A stretch of DNA of 64,000 bases from an uncultured Actinomycetes bacterium (GTDB taxonomy: Bacteria > Actinomycetota > UBA4738 > JBBDTT01), in contig CAVUMN010000004.1 of the NCBI GenBank assembly GCA_963742735.1, positions 96,001 through 160,000 of the forward strand, written 5' to 3'. Positions within the stretch are counted from its first letter, which is position 1; the number at the start of each line of letters is the position of its first letter. A program made the translations under genes and the position numbers. Below are positions 47,596 to 57,073 of this stretch, in pieces. The notes under the pieces are model-generated. The model was not told the origin of the DNA and searched no databases. It saw nothing but the letters and a program-made list of their open reading frames with translations.

Positions 47596-48065
47596 GCGGC
47601 GGGGGACGCCAGCGCGGCCAGGGCCTTCGGGACCGTCTCCTTCGGCTTGACCCGGTACCAGGCCTCCTGGATCCGGCCCTGCGCGTCGATCAGGAACGCC
47701 GAGCGGATGATCCCCATGTACGTCCGTCCGTACATCGACTTCTCACCCCACGTCCCGTACGCCTCGGCCACGGTGTGATCGGGGTCCGAGAGCAGCGGGA
47801 ACCCCAGCGAGTGCTTCGCGTCGAACTTCGCCTGCCGGCTCGGGGGGTCCGGGCTGATCCCCACCACGTCGACGCCGAGGCCGGCGAGGTCCTCGTTGGC
47901 GTCGCGTACCGCGCACGACTGCGCGGTGCAGCCGCTCGTGAGCGCCTTCGGATAGAAGTAGACGAGGAGCGTCCTGCCGCGGAACTCCGCGAGGTCCACC
48001 CTCCGGCCGTCCTGGTCGGGAAGCGCGAACGCCGGCGCCGGGTCACCCGGTGAGAGCTCGACCAT
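47592..48065 (-). CDS. bcp: Thioredoxin-dependent thiol peroxidase
   Basis: YFYPKALTSGCTAQSC, GISPD, LLSDPDH and GIIRS.FLID. Confidence 0.92.
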   Translation of the reverse strand: MVELSPGDPAPAFALPDQDGRRVDLAEFRGRTLLVYFYPKALTSGCTAQSCAVRDANEDLAGLGVDVVGISPDPPSRQAKFDAKHSLGFPLLSDPDHTVAEAYGTWGEKSMYGRTYMGIIRSAFLIDAQGRIQEAWYRVKPKETVPKALAALASPAA

Positions 48066-48187
48066 GGCCGGCAACGATATCCGGCTCCGGCTACACCCGG
48101 GACGCCCCGGCGGCCGAGGCCGGCGCGCAAATTCGGTCGAAAAACCCCTATCCGCCGGTTGTCACTCCCAGGTAGATTGGACGGCCT

Positions 48188-50053
48188 ATGAAGCGCGCCC
48201 TCATCCCCGTGGTCCTGCTGGTGGCCGGCGTCCTCTCGATGTCGCTCGCCACCCCGGCCGCCGTGGCCGCCATCCCCGGGGCCTTTCCGACCGGGACCCT
48301 CACCGAGACCGGCAGCGTCGCGCCGGGACAATCAGGATGCCCGGCCACGGGCGGATGGACGTGCTTCAGCTTCAAGGTGGAGAGCTGCCCGAACGTGGGC
48401 GCCTCGATCAACGGGCAGATGGCGGTCTCACCCGTGCCCGCGAACCACAAGGGCACCGTGATCGCCTTTCGTGGGGGCGCCGGCACCTCGTACTGGACCA
48501 ACTCGCCCGAGGGGGGTGGACACCTTGAGCTGATCAACGGGCTCTGGCAGGACCACCAGCTCCAGGTCGTCCAGGTCAAGTGGGTCGGCAAGGCCTGGTA
48601 CCGGGCGGCGTCGGGTGAGGCCTCCGGCCCGGCCCGTCTGGGGTGCCGACCGGCGACCGCCATCCGCTACATCCTCAACCACCCCGAGAAGTTCCCGGCG
48701 GCTCCGGCACAGGACGCCGGGGAGTGCGGATGGTGTCTGCTCGGCAACAGCGGCGGCACGGCTCAGGTGGCGTATCCGGTGACGCACTTCGGGCTGGCGC
48801 CGGACCTCGACGGCGTGTTCATGGTGGGAGGCCCGACGCACACTGCCCTGGCGAAGGGGTGCATCGACACCCCGAAGAACGACGACTACTACTTCCCCCA
48901 GCAGACGACCTTCGACGAGTCCTACGGCTATGCGGTCATGCCGCCGCCGGACAATCAGGGTCCCTGCTTGGAGGGGGATGCGTCCTTCGTCCCCACGTGG
49001 AACCGTGACAGCATCGACACCCAGGGGAGCGACTACAGCTACCCGACGACCCGGATCCACCACGTCATCGGCGGCAACGACTCGCTCCAGATCTACCACT
49101 CGGGCGACTACGTCGACCGGCTCGAGTTCGCGTCGCCGCCCTCCCCGTTCGTGACCCGGGAAATCATCCCCGGCATGGAGCACGAGCTCGACGAGAACGG
49201 CTTCCCCGCGCTGGAGGCGGCGATCATCCTCGATACCGCCTCCGGGAACATCCGTGCCTGCAACAACGGCGTGGACGACGACCTGGACGGCGCCGCCGAC
49301 TTCCCGGCGGACGCCGGCTGCGCGTCGGCGACCGACACGGGCGAGCGCAACCTGTCGGGCCCGCTGTGCGACAACGGGATCGACGACGACAACGACGGCG
49401 ACCAGGACGTGTCCCAGGACGCCAGCTGCACCTCCGCCTCCGACGCGACGGAGGGCGTCGCCACGGTCGTCGCCTGCAACAACGGCGTGGACGACGACGG
49501 CGACGGCACCCTCGACTCGCAGGCCGACCCGGGATGCAGCTCGCCGACGGACACCTCGGAGCTGGGGACGGCCCAGTGCGACAACGGGATCGACGACGAC
49601 GCCGACACCAAGGTGGACTTCCGCACCAACGGCACGGGCGATACCGGCTGCTCGAGCCTGACCGACACCACGGAGGCCGGCGCGCCCCCCGGCCGCACGA
49701 TCTCGATCACCGACGTGTCGAAGAACGAGGGCACCGCCGGCTGCGCGAACGGCACGACGCAGTTCTCATTCAAGGCCACCATCTCGTCGTCGAGCACCTC
49801 CAACGTGACCGTGAAGTTCGCCACTGCGAACGGGACGGCCACCGCCGGACCAACGTCGGACTACAACGCGAGGGCGAACACCACGACCTGGACGCCCGGC
49901 ACGTCGCTGACGCGGAGCATCAACATCCTGGTTCGGTGCGACGCGACGGTCGAGCCGAACGAGACCTTCGTCGTGAACCTCACCCAGCCCTCCGCGGGGA
50001 CGACGATCGCGGATCCCCAGGCCCTCGGCACGATCCTGAACGACGACGCCTGA
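48188..50053 (+). CDS. Secreted protein: putative alpha/beta-hydrolase domain, four Cys/Asp repeats and Calx-beta
   Basis: Signal peptide, GNSGG, C.NG.DDD.D repeats, ISITD...EG...TANGTA....DY...E.NETF.V.L...GTILNDD. Confidence 0.8.
   Translation: MKRALIPVVLLVAGVLSMSLATPAAVAAIPGAFPTGTLTETGSVAPGQSGCPATGGWTCFSFKVESCPNVGASINGQMAVSPVPANHKGTVIAFRGGAGTSYWTNSPEGGGHLELINGLWQDHQLQVVQVKWVGKAWYRAASGEASGPARLGCRPATAIRYILNHPEKFPAAPAQDAGECGWCLLGNSGGTAQVAYPVTHFGLAPDLDGVFMVGGPTHTALAKGCIDTPKNDDYYFPQQTTFDESYGYAVMPPPDNQGPCLEGDASFVPTWNRDSIDTQGSDYSYPTTRIHHVIGGNDSLQIYHSGDYVDRLEFASPPSPFVTREIIPGMEHELDENGFPALEAAIILDTASGNIRACNNGVDDDLDGAADFPADAGCASATDTGERNLSGPLCDNGIDDDNDGDQDVSQDASCTSASDATEGVATVVACNNGVDDDGDGTLDSQADPGCSSPTDTSELGTAQCDNGIDDDADTKVDFRTNGTGDTGCSSLTDTTEAGAPPGRTISITDVSKNEGTAGCANGTTQFSFKATISSSSTSNVTVKFATANGTATAGPTSDYNARANTTTWTPGTSLTRSINILVRCDATVEPNETFVVNLTQPSAGTTIADPQALGTILNDDA
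49259..49672 (+). repeat. Four CxNGxDDDxD...D..C repeats
   Basis: tgc(a/g)acaacgg...gacgacgac occurs four times. Confidence 0.85.
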
Positions 50054-50071
50054 CCGCTCCCCGAGGCGTCC

Positions 50072-51823
50072 TCAGCAGGGAAGGTCGAAGGTGTCGCAGA
50101 TCGCCCCGGCCGGATCAGTGGTGTAGGCGGCGCCCGTCGGCGGCATCCCGGGGGGCTGGGGCCGCCCGACCCGAACCATCGGGATCGACAGCCACGACGG
50201 CGCGTCCACCTCGTGGTGGACGAAGAAGGGATCCAGGCCCGGCGCGGGGAGCGCGACCGCCACGTCCGACGAGGCGATCGTCAGAACCAGCCGGCTGCCG
50301 GGGTCGATCCGGTGGGCCGAGATCGACATCGGCACGCGAACCGCCCGCGGCGTCGGCCCGAGTCCGGTGAGACCGATCCGGGCGTGCGAGAACTCGTGGG
50401 ACGACCCGTCCGCCGCGAGCTCGGAGAGCCCCAGGTTCAGCTGTCCCGTCCCCGCGGAGGAGGCGTTCGTCGAGGAGACGACGATCGTGGCCCACGGCTC
50501 GCCGGTGATCTCCGCCGCCGACTCGAACGGCGCCGTGCGGTAGAGCAGCCGCGCCCCCGGCACCTCCGTGTCGTTGACGCTCGGGACGAGGAACCCCACG
50601 CCGGGTACCTCGGGGCCACTCGAGACGACGGGCAGGTTCCGGAGCTCCTGGGGCGAACCGCCCGGTCGCGGACCCAGTTCGCCCTCCCCGTCGCGCGACA
50701 GATAGAGGCGCCGCGTTCGCGTGCCCGGGATCGGCCACTCCCGCTCGAGCCGGAACTCGCCGTTCGACCACTCCTGCGCCAGGGCCACCGGCGCCGACCG
50801 GAGCGAGGGACCGTCCGCGATCTGGTGCCGGATCCACGCGAACAGGTCACCGACCACGGCCAGGTTTCCGCCGACGTCCCCGTGGGAGTCGTTCGAGATC
50901 GTCAGGCGGACGTCCTTGCCGTACAGGACGTCGCGAGGGTCCGAGGCCCGCCGGCGCAGCTGCCGGTACGCGGCGGTCGTGAGCCGAGGGGGCACCGTGC
51001 GGTCGTAGAAGCTCGTCACCGCGTAGACGGGGACGTCGATCCGGCCGAATCGATGGGCGACGTCGAGCAGGACGCCGGGGACCCGGCTGCGGCGGCCCTC
51101 GGTCAGGCACGGTCCCATGCCCTGAACGACCGCCGGGTTCAGTCGCGTCTCCACGGCCACCTGGGCGTCGAACCACGAGCACGTCCCGTCCTCCAGGTAT
51201 CCCGTCGGGCCCTGGACCGGCACGACCGCGTCGACCCACCGCCCGCCCGCGTCACACGGAACCCGGGAGTCGAACCGCGCCGCCCGCCCCGCGCCGCAGT
51301 TGTAGATCGCTGCGGTCCACGCGAGCCAGCCCCCCTGTGAGATCCCGTAGACGGCGGTCTTGGTCGGACGGACGTTCGCGTGCCACCACCGCAGCACCGC
51401 GGCCTGGTCGGCGATGTCGTCGCGTCCCAGGAACGTCGACTGCCCGCCGGACGCGCCCTGGCCGCGAACGTCGTAGCTCAGCACGTACAGGCCCGCCCCC
51501 GCGGCCGTGTACATGTCGGGGAGCGTGATCTCCTTGCTGAACCCGAAGCCGTGGGCGATGACCACGCCGGCGCATCCCTCCAGGCCCGGGCACGACGCAG
51601 GCACGAACAGCCGCGCCGCCAGGTGCACCCCGCTGCTCCACCCCGGCGAGCAGATCACCAACTCCTCGTCGTGGAAGCCGTACAGCTGGTCCTGCGCCTG
51701 GCTGGCCGGCGTGGCCGGCGGGCGGGGTGTGGGCACGCACACCTCCTGCGCCCGCGCCGTGGACGGAACCGACGCGATGAGGGCGACCAGGACCAGCAGG
51801 TGAGCGAGAGGGCGAACGCGCAT
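50072..51823 (-). CDS. Secreted CocE/NonD-like hydrolase
   Basis: Signal peptide, HGFG, YDVRGQGASGG and GISQGG. Confidence 0.85.
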   Translation of the reverse strand: MRVRPLAHLLVLVALIASVPSTARAQEVCVPTPRPPATPASQAQDQLYGFHDEELVICSPGWSSGVHLAARLFVPASCPGLEGCAGVVIAHGFGFSKEITLPDMYTAAGAGLYVLSYDVRGQGASGGQSTFLGRDDIADQAAVLRWWHANVRPTKTAVYGISQGGWLAWTAAIYNCGAGRAARFDSRVPCDAGGRWVDAVVPVQGPTGYLEDGTCSWFDAQVAVETRLNPAVVQGMGPCLTEGRRSRVPGVLLDVAHRFGRIDVPVYAVTSFYDRTVPPRLTTAAYRQLRRRASDPRDVLYGKDVRLTISNDSHGDVGGNLAVVGDLFAWIRHQIADGPSLRSAPVALAQEWSNGEFRLEREWPIPGTRTRRLYLSRDGEGELGPRPGGSPQELRNLPVVSSGPEVPGVGFLVPSVNDTEVPGARLLYRTAPFESAAEITGEPWATIVVSSTNASSAGTGQLNLGLSELAADGSSHEFSHARIGLTGLGPTPRAVRVPMSISAHRIDPGSRLVLTIASSDVAVALPAPGLDPFFVHHEVDAPSWLSIPMVRVGRPQPPGMPPTGAAYTTDPAGAICDTFDLPC

Positions 51824-51863
51824 CGGTGACGAGCTTCGCCCCGGCCGGCTGGTGTTCCTTCCC

Positions 51864-52244
51864 CTAGGCGGAGCCGGCCGCGAGCTGTGACCCCACGGCG
51901 TCCCGCAGGGCCTCCACGGCGGACAACGGCCGGACCATCACGGTGAAGTCCTCGATCAGGCCCTGCGCGTCGAACCGCACCAGGTCGATCCCCTCGCCCT
52001 CGCGATCCCCGATGCGAAAGCGGAAATGCAGGACCTCGGCGCCGTCGTCGGAGGCGTACTCGCCCACGTAGCGGAAGTCCTCGAACGTCCGGAGCAGGAC
52101 CGCGAACAGCAGGCTCACGGCGTCCAAGCCCTCGAACGGCTTGAACGTCACGGGGCTGTGCAGGACGACCGACGGCGAGAGCCGCCCGATCGCCGCCTCC
52201 AGGTCCCTCGCCTCGACGGCTTGCTTGAACGCGTCCGACCTCAT
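51864..52244 (-). CDS. SnoaL/NTF2-like protein
   Basis: LHSPVTFKPF.G, EGID and VMVRPLS. Confidence 0.88.
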   Translation of the reverse strand: MRSDAFKQAVEARDLEAAIGRLSPSVVLHSPVTFKPFEGLDAVSLLFAVLLRTFEDFRYVGEYASDDGAEVLHFRFRIGDREGEGIDLVRFDAQGLIEDFTVMVRPLSAVEALRDAVGSQLAAGSA

Positions 52245-53500
52245 CCGGCGCCTCCCTCGCGCATCGCCACGTTCGACCGCTTCCATTCATCGCGTTCCAG
52301 GAGCAACGAGACGGCCACGCCCAGAACCAGCGACCAGAAGAACTGGCTGAGGCCGAAGAGCGTCATCTTCGAGAGGGCGATCACGAACGCGAACAGCGGC
52401 CCGAGCACCAGCGGGCCACGCGTGATCTCGTGCAGTGCCGCGGCGAGCACCCCGATCAGAGCCAGGCCTGCCAGGGCCAGGAGCAGCGGCGGTGGCACCA
52501 GGACGGCCACGGCGCTGGCCGTTCCCGACAGCAGGGCGATGACCAACAGCGCGACCGCGGGCAGGTAGACCGACCGGTACCGGATGGCCTGCTCCCCCGC
52601 GCCCGGGCCGGACGTCAGCGGCACGAGGGGAAGCGCCAGAGAGAGCGCGTTCGGCCCCAGGAACGACGCCAGCATCGTCCCGACGCCGCTCACGACATCG
52701 AGCATGCGTTCCGGCGGCTCGTAGCCCTGGCTCCGCATGTACACCACCGACGGGAGGTTCGACTGCAACGTGATCAGCGCCACGATGATGGGCATGACCG
52801 TCGCCACCGCCGCCGGCGAGAACTCCGGCCGGGTGAAGGTGAGGTCCGCCAGCTGGACGGCCGCGGGCAGGGCGCCGAACGAGCCGGTGACCCCCGCGGC
52901 GACCAGCCCGGCCGCCAGCGCGGGAAGGATCGGGGGGACTCGTGGACCGAGGAACCGCCGGCTCAGCAGGTAGGCGACCAGGGCAGCGCCCACCATCACG
53001 GGAATATCTCCGTTCAGCGGGGCGCCCGCGGGGTCGGCAGTGCTGAGCCCCGAGAAGATGTCGATCACGAAGGGCATGACCGCGCCCGCGATGAGTCCCT
53101 GGACGATCGGCGCGGGGATCCACGCGGCCAGATGCTTCGTGAGACCCAAGGCCGCCGCGACCACCACGACGGCGCCGGCGATCAGCGACGCGCCGGAAAG
53201 CTCCGCGAACCCGAGCTGATGCCCGAGCGACGCGAAGAAGATGATCGCGAAGACGTTCCCGGTCAGCAGGAGTGGCTGCCGGTAGCGGATCGACAGCAGG
53301 ACGCTCGGGATGGCCGGAATCCCGTAGAGCGCGACGATCCAGCTGCTGGTGTGCGCCGGGTCGAGCCGGAGCCCCTTCGGACCCGCCCCCGTCAGGACGA
53401 TGCTGAGCACGGCGACGAAGAGGATGGTGACCGGAACCGCCGCAGCCAGCGCCGGAGCGTTCCGCCGAAGGCCCCCCGCCTCACTCGCCCCTGAGGACAT
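52241..53500 (-). CDS. Benzoate/H+ symporter BenE family
   Basis: SSW...YRQPLLLT, IP.PIV...AG, QSNLP..GY.PP and FWSLVLG. Confidence 0.82.
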   Translation of the reverse strand: MSSGASEAGGLRRNAPALAAAVPVTILFVAVLSIVLTGAGPKGLRLDPAHTSSWIVALYGIPAIPSVLLSIRYRQPLLLTGNVFAIIFFASLGHQLGFAELSGASLIAGAVVVVAAALGLTKHLAAWIPAPIVQGLIAGAVMPFVIDIFSGLSTADPAGAPLNGDIPVMVGAALVAYLLSRRFLGPRVPPILPALAAGLVAAGVTGSFGALPAAVQLADLTFTRPEFSPAAVATVMPIIVALITLQSNLPSVVYMRSQGYEPPERMLDVVSGVGTMLASFLGPNALSLALPLVPLTSGPGAGEQAIRYRSVYLPAVALLVIALLSGTASAVAVLVPPPLLLALAGLALIGVLAAALHEITRGPLVLGPLFAFVIALSKMTLFGLSQFFWSLVLGVAVSLLLERDEWKRSNVAMREGGAG

Positions 53501-53575
53501 GGTCGCTCACGTTACCCGCCCACGTCCCCCTCCGGAGGTCGAGGATCAGCTCGCCCAACCGCCTCGCCCGACCTG

Positions 53576-53917
53576 TCACGCGCCCAGGTGCTCCGCGGCG
53601 ACGCGCTTCGGAACGACCATCCGCCACGCTTCGATGACGATCTCGCGCATCTCGACGTCGTCGATCGCGGCCATCCGGACCTCGACCCAGTGGTATCGAA
53701 GGTCACCGGCCGAGGGCATCAGGAACTTCTCGGGCTCGGAGGCGACGAGCGCCTCGCGCTCCTCTTTCGGGAAGGCGAACCCCATCTGCGACTCGTCGCG
53801 CGAGAACGCTAGGTAGACGATCCGCCCCACCCGGAACTTCACGCGGTCCCGGACCACCGCCTCGTACGACCGCGGCAAGCTCAACGCGAGTTCGCGAACG
53901 CTCTCGATCGTCGCCAC
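53576..53917 (-). CDS. MmcQ/YjbR family protein
   Basis: ALSLP, KFRVGRIVY and EAWRMVVPK. Confidence 0.85.
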   Translation of the reverse strand: MATIESVRELALSLPRSYEAVVRDRVKFRVGRIVYLAFSRDESQMGFAFPKEEREALVASEPEKFLMPSAGDLRYHWVEVRMAAIDDVEMREIVIEAWRMVVPKRVAAEHLGA

Positions 53918-53920
53918 CGA

Positions 53921-54694
53921 CTAGCCGTTTCTCAACCGAACCGGCAGCCGCCCGTGGAGCACCACTCCGGCAGCAACGATGGCCATCCCGAAAAGAAGGC
54001 CCATGACAAATCCCAGCTGCCACATCTCGCCGAACCCGTTTCCCCACCAACCGTTGTACGTGCCGACGAACCGGAGAGAGACCCCGGCTATCGGCACCAT
54101 CAGCAGCCACCAACGGCCGACGGCGAGCGAGATGACGAAGAGGGCCGCCAGCATCAGAAACCAGCCGAACCCGCCACCGGTCGAATTGTCGAGATCGAGG
54201 CCGAGCGAAACCAGCTCGGCAGAATCGCGCGGAGCCTTCACGAGCGCGGTCGCGAATCGATCCGCCAGCGCCGCATCGTCGGCGAAGATCACGACGGTCA
54301 CGCCGGGGTGATAGATCTCCAGGCGCCGCCCACCCTCGTAGCTCGTCGCCGGCACGCCCGACACCGTGATGTCCGTGCCGGGCAGCGCAGGCTTCCTCCA
54401 CGCGTCTGCGGGCCAGCTCTGAATGTCGATCGGTGGGCCGCACGGGGTTCCCCCCTGCGGAGTGCAGTCTCCGTACGAGAACGAGACGGGGCCCGGGCCC
54501 TCGAGTCCATCGCCCTCGGGCGTATCGCAGCGGGTCGCCGCGTAGCTCAGGTCGAGCCCGTCGAAGGAGGCGCCGGCCCAATAGGGATCCAGGTCATTCG
54601 GAAAGGACGTGCACGCGAACTGAACAGACCCGCCCGACGAACACCCTCCCAGGGTGAGGAGCACGACGAGAAGCGGGCGGAGCTGGCGCCTCAC
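53921..54694 (-). CDS. Hypothetical lipoprotein-like protein with C-terminal TM helices
   Basis: LGGC lipobox and hydrophobic C-terminus; TAGAGT -10. Confidence 0.65.
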   Translation of the reverse strand: MRRQLRPLLVVLLTLGGCSSGGSVQFACTSFPNDLDPYWAGASFDGLDLSYAATRCDTPEGDGLEGPGPVSFSYGDCTPQGGTPCGPPIDIQSWPADAWRKPALPGTDITVSGVPATSYEGGRRLEIYHPGVTVVIFADDAALADRFATALVKAPRDSAELVSLGLDLDNSTGGGFGWFLMLAALFVISLAVGRWWLLMVPIAGVSLRFVGTYNGWWGNGFGEMWQLGFVMGLLFGMAIVAAGVVLHGRLPVRLRNG

Positions 54695-54704
54695 GCCCGC
54701 GACT

Positions 54705-56273
54705 CTATCCCTCGATGCTGACCGTCACGGCCGGGCCGGGCTCGCTCGCGTCGGCGTCCTCGTCCACTCGCGCGCGGACCTTGCGAAGCATGACCACCGC
54801 GAGGATGCCGATGCCGATCGCCAGGGCGGCGCTGATCGCCGCGGTCAGGCGCATCCCGTTCACGAAGGCCGTGCGCGCCGCCTCGAGCACCCCGCCGGCG
54901 AGGTCACCCGGAAGCTGGCCGGCCACCTCCACCGCGCCGCCCAGCGTGTCGCGCGCGGCCTCCGCCGCCGCGGGCGGTACGCCGGCGGGGAGCGTGCTCG
55001 CCACCTCGCTCCGGTAGATGGCGGTCCCGATGCTGCCGAGGATCGCGATGCCGAGGGCCCCGCCGAGCTCGGCGCTCGTCTCGGAGATTCCGGAGGCCGC
55101 TCCGGTTCGCTCCGGCGGCGCGCTCCCCACGGCGAGCTCCGTCGCCAGCGTCACCACGGGAGCCAGGGCCAGGGCGATCACCCCCGACGCGACCGCGATC
55201 AGCAGCAGTTCCGACGACAGGCCGACCTGCGTGAGCGCCGCGAGCGACGCGGCGGTCAGGCTCAGTCCGGCGCCCATGATCACCCACGGAGGCGCACGGT
55301 GGATCACGTGCGGCGCCACCAGCGACCCGATGATGAACCCCGCGCCGGAGGGCAGTGACCACAGGCCCGCCTCCAGCGGAGAGAGCCCCAGCACCAGCTG
55401 CAAGTACTGAGCGATGAACAGGAAGTAGCCGAACGCCACGAAGATGCTGAGCATGTACGTGACCAGCGAGGCGCTGAATGCCGGGATCTTGAACAGGCCC
55501 AGGTCGATCATCGGGTCGGGCAGCCGTCGCTGGCGCCGCACGAACAGAACGCCGACGACGACTCCCGCCACTGCGAACATCGCCGGGACGGCGCCGAAGC
55601 CGTCCTGGGCGATCTGCTTCAGGGCGTAGATGAGCGAGAGCAGCGCCGCGAGGGACATCGCCGCGCTCACCAGGTCCAGCCGTCCGGCCTCAGGATCACT
55701 GAACTCCGGCAGCACCCGCGGGCCGAGGACGAGCAGGATCGCCATCACCGGCAGCGCCAGGAGGAAGACCGAGCCCCACCAGAAGCTCTCCAGCAGCACC
55801 CCACCGAGCAATGGGCCGATCGCCCCGCCGGCCGAGAAGCTGGCGATCCAGAAGCCGATCGCCACCGACCGCTGCTTGGGGTCCAGGAACATGTTGAAGA
55901 TCAGCGAGAGGGTCGAGGGCGCGAGCGTGGCCCCGGCGATCCCCATGAGGGCTCGGCTGGCGATGAGCATCTCGGCGTTGACCGAGAGCGCCGCCAGCAC
56001 CGAGGCCAGCCCGAACGCCGCCGCGCCGATCATGAGCAGTCGCCGGCGGCCGATACGGTCGCCGAGCGTGCCCATCGTGATCAACGAGCCGGCCACCAGG
56101 AACCCGTACACGTCGATGATCCAGAGGAGCTGGGCACTGCTCGGCCGGAGGTCGGCGCTCAGGCGGGGCACCGCCAGATGCAGCACGGTCAGGTCCATCG
56201 CGTAGACCAGGCACGCAAGGAGAAGGACGCCGAGGCCGATCCACTCTCGGCGTCCGGCTCGAGCGGTGGGCAC
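54705..56273 (-). CDS. MFS drug efflux transporter (DHA2, 14 TM)
   Basis: MDLTVL, LWIIDVY, GTLGDRIGRRR and GPLLGG.LLE.FWWGSVFL. Confidence 0.92.
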   Translation of the reverse strand: MPTARAGRREWIGLGVLLLACLVYAMDLTVLHLAVPRLSADLRPSSAQLLWIIDVYGFLVAGSLITMGTLGDRIGRRRLLMIGAAAFGLASVLAALSVNAEMLIASRALMGIAGATLAPSTLSLIFNMFLDPKQRSVAIGFWIASFSAGGAIGPLLGGVLLESFWWGSVFLLALPVMAILLVLGPRVLPEFSDPEAGRLDLVSAAMSLAALLSLIYALKQIAQDGFGAVPAMFAVAGVVVGVLFVRRQRRLPDPMIDLGLFKIPAFSASLVTYMLSIFVAFGYFLFIAQYLQLVLGLSPLEAGLWSLPSGAGFIIGSLVAPHVIHRAPPWVIMGAGLSLTAASLAALTQVGLSSELLLIAVASGVIALALAPVVTLATELAVGSAPPERTGAASGISETSAELGGALGIAILGSIGTAIYRSEVASTLPAGVPPAAAEAARDTLGGAVEVAGQLPGDLAGGVLEAARTAFVNGMRLTAAISAALAIGIGILAVVMLRKVRARVDEDADASEPGPAVTVSIEG

Positions 56274-57073
56274 TACCGCGAGGCGGCCTTGTTGTACTGG
56301 CGGATGGAGAGCGGGACGAAGATCGCCAGGATGATCCCGACCCAGATCAGCGTGTACGCCACCGGATGCTGCAGCGACCACACGTCCGGCGCCGGGTCCG
56401 AGCCGGTGTTGCCGAACGCCTCGCGGACCGATTGCGCCAGCGACGACACCGGGTTCCACTCCGCGAACACCCGCAGCGGCCCGGGCAGCGCGTCGCTGCG
56501 CACGAAGGTGTTCGCGATGAACGTCAGCGGAAAGATGAACATGAATGACGCGTTGTTCACGACCTCGACGCTCGGGACCTTCAGCCCCACCCACGCCATG
56601 ATCCAGGAGAAGGCGTAGGAGAACAGCAGGAGCAGCAGGAACCCGCGGACCGCGTCGATCGGACCGGTCCGAATACGCCACCCCACGATCAGCCCGGCGA
56701 TGGTCATCACCAGGATCGAGATCGAGTTGTAGGAGATGTCGCTGGCCGTCCGCCCGATGAGCACGGCGGAGCGAGCCATCGGCAGCGAGCGGAACCGGTC
56801 GATGATCCCCTTGGTCATGTCCTCCGCCAGGCCGGCCCCGGTGAAGGTCGACCCGAAGATCACGGTCTGCGCGAAGACGCCGGCCAGCAGGAACTCGCGG
56901 TAGCTGGCTCCGGGGATCTCGATCGACTGGCCGAACACGTACGCGAAGAGCAGCACGAACATGATCGGCGACATGGTGGTCCAGATCAGGACCTCGGGGA
57001 CCCGCTTGATCTTGATGAGGTTCCGCTTGGCGACGATCGCGCCGTCGCTCAGGGCCAGGGCCACCCGGCTCAT
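56273..57073 (-). CDS. ABC-2 permease (DrrB-like)
   Basis: PIMFVLLFAYVFG, GIIDRFRSLPM and EWNP. Confidence 0.9.
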   Translation of the reverse strand: MSRVALALSDGAIVAKRNLIKIKRVPEVLIWTTMSPIMFVLLFAYVFGQSIEIPGASYREFLLAGVFAQTVIFGSTFTGAGLAEDMTKGIIDRFRSLPMARSAVLIGRTASDISYNSISILVMTIAGLIVGWRIRTGPIDAVRGFLLLLLFSYAFSWIMAWVGLKVPSVEVVNNASFMFIFPLTFIANTFVRSDALPGPLRVFAEWNPVSSLAQSVREAFGNTGSDPAPDVWSLQHPVAYTLIWVGIILAIFVPLSIRQYNKAASR

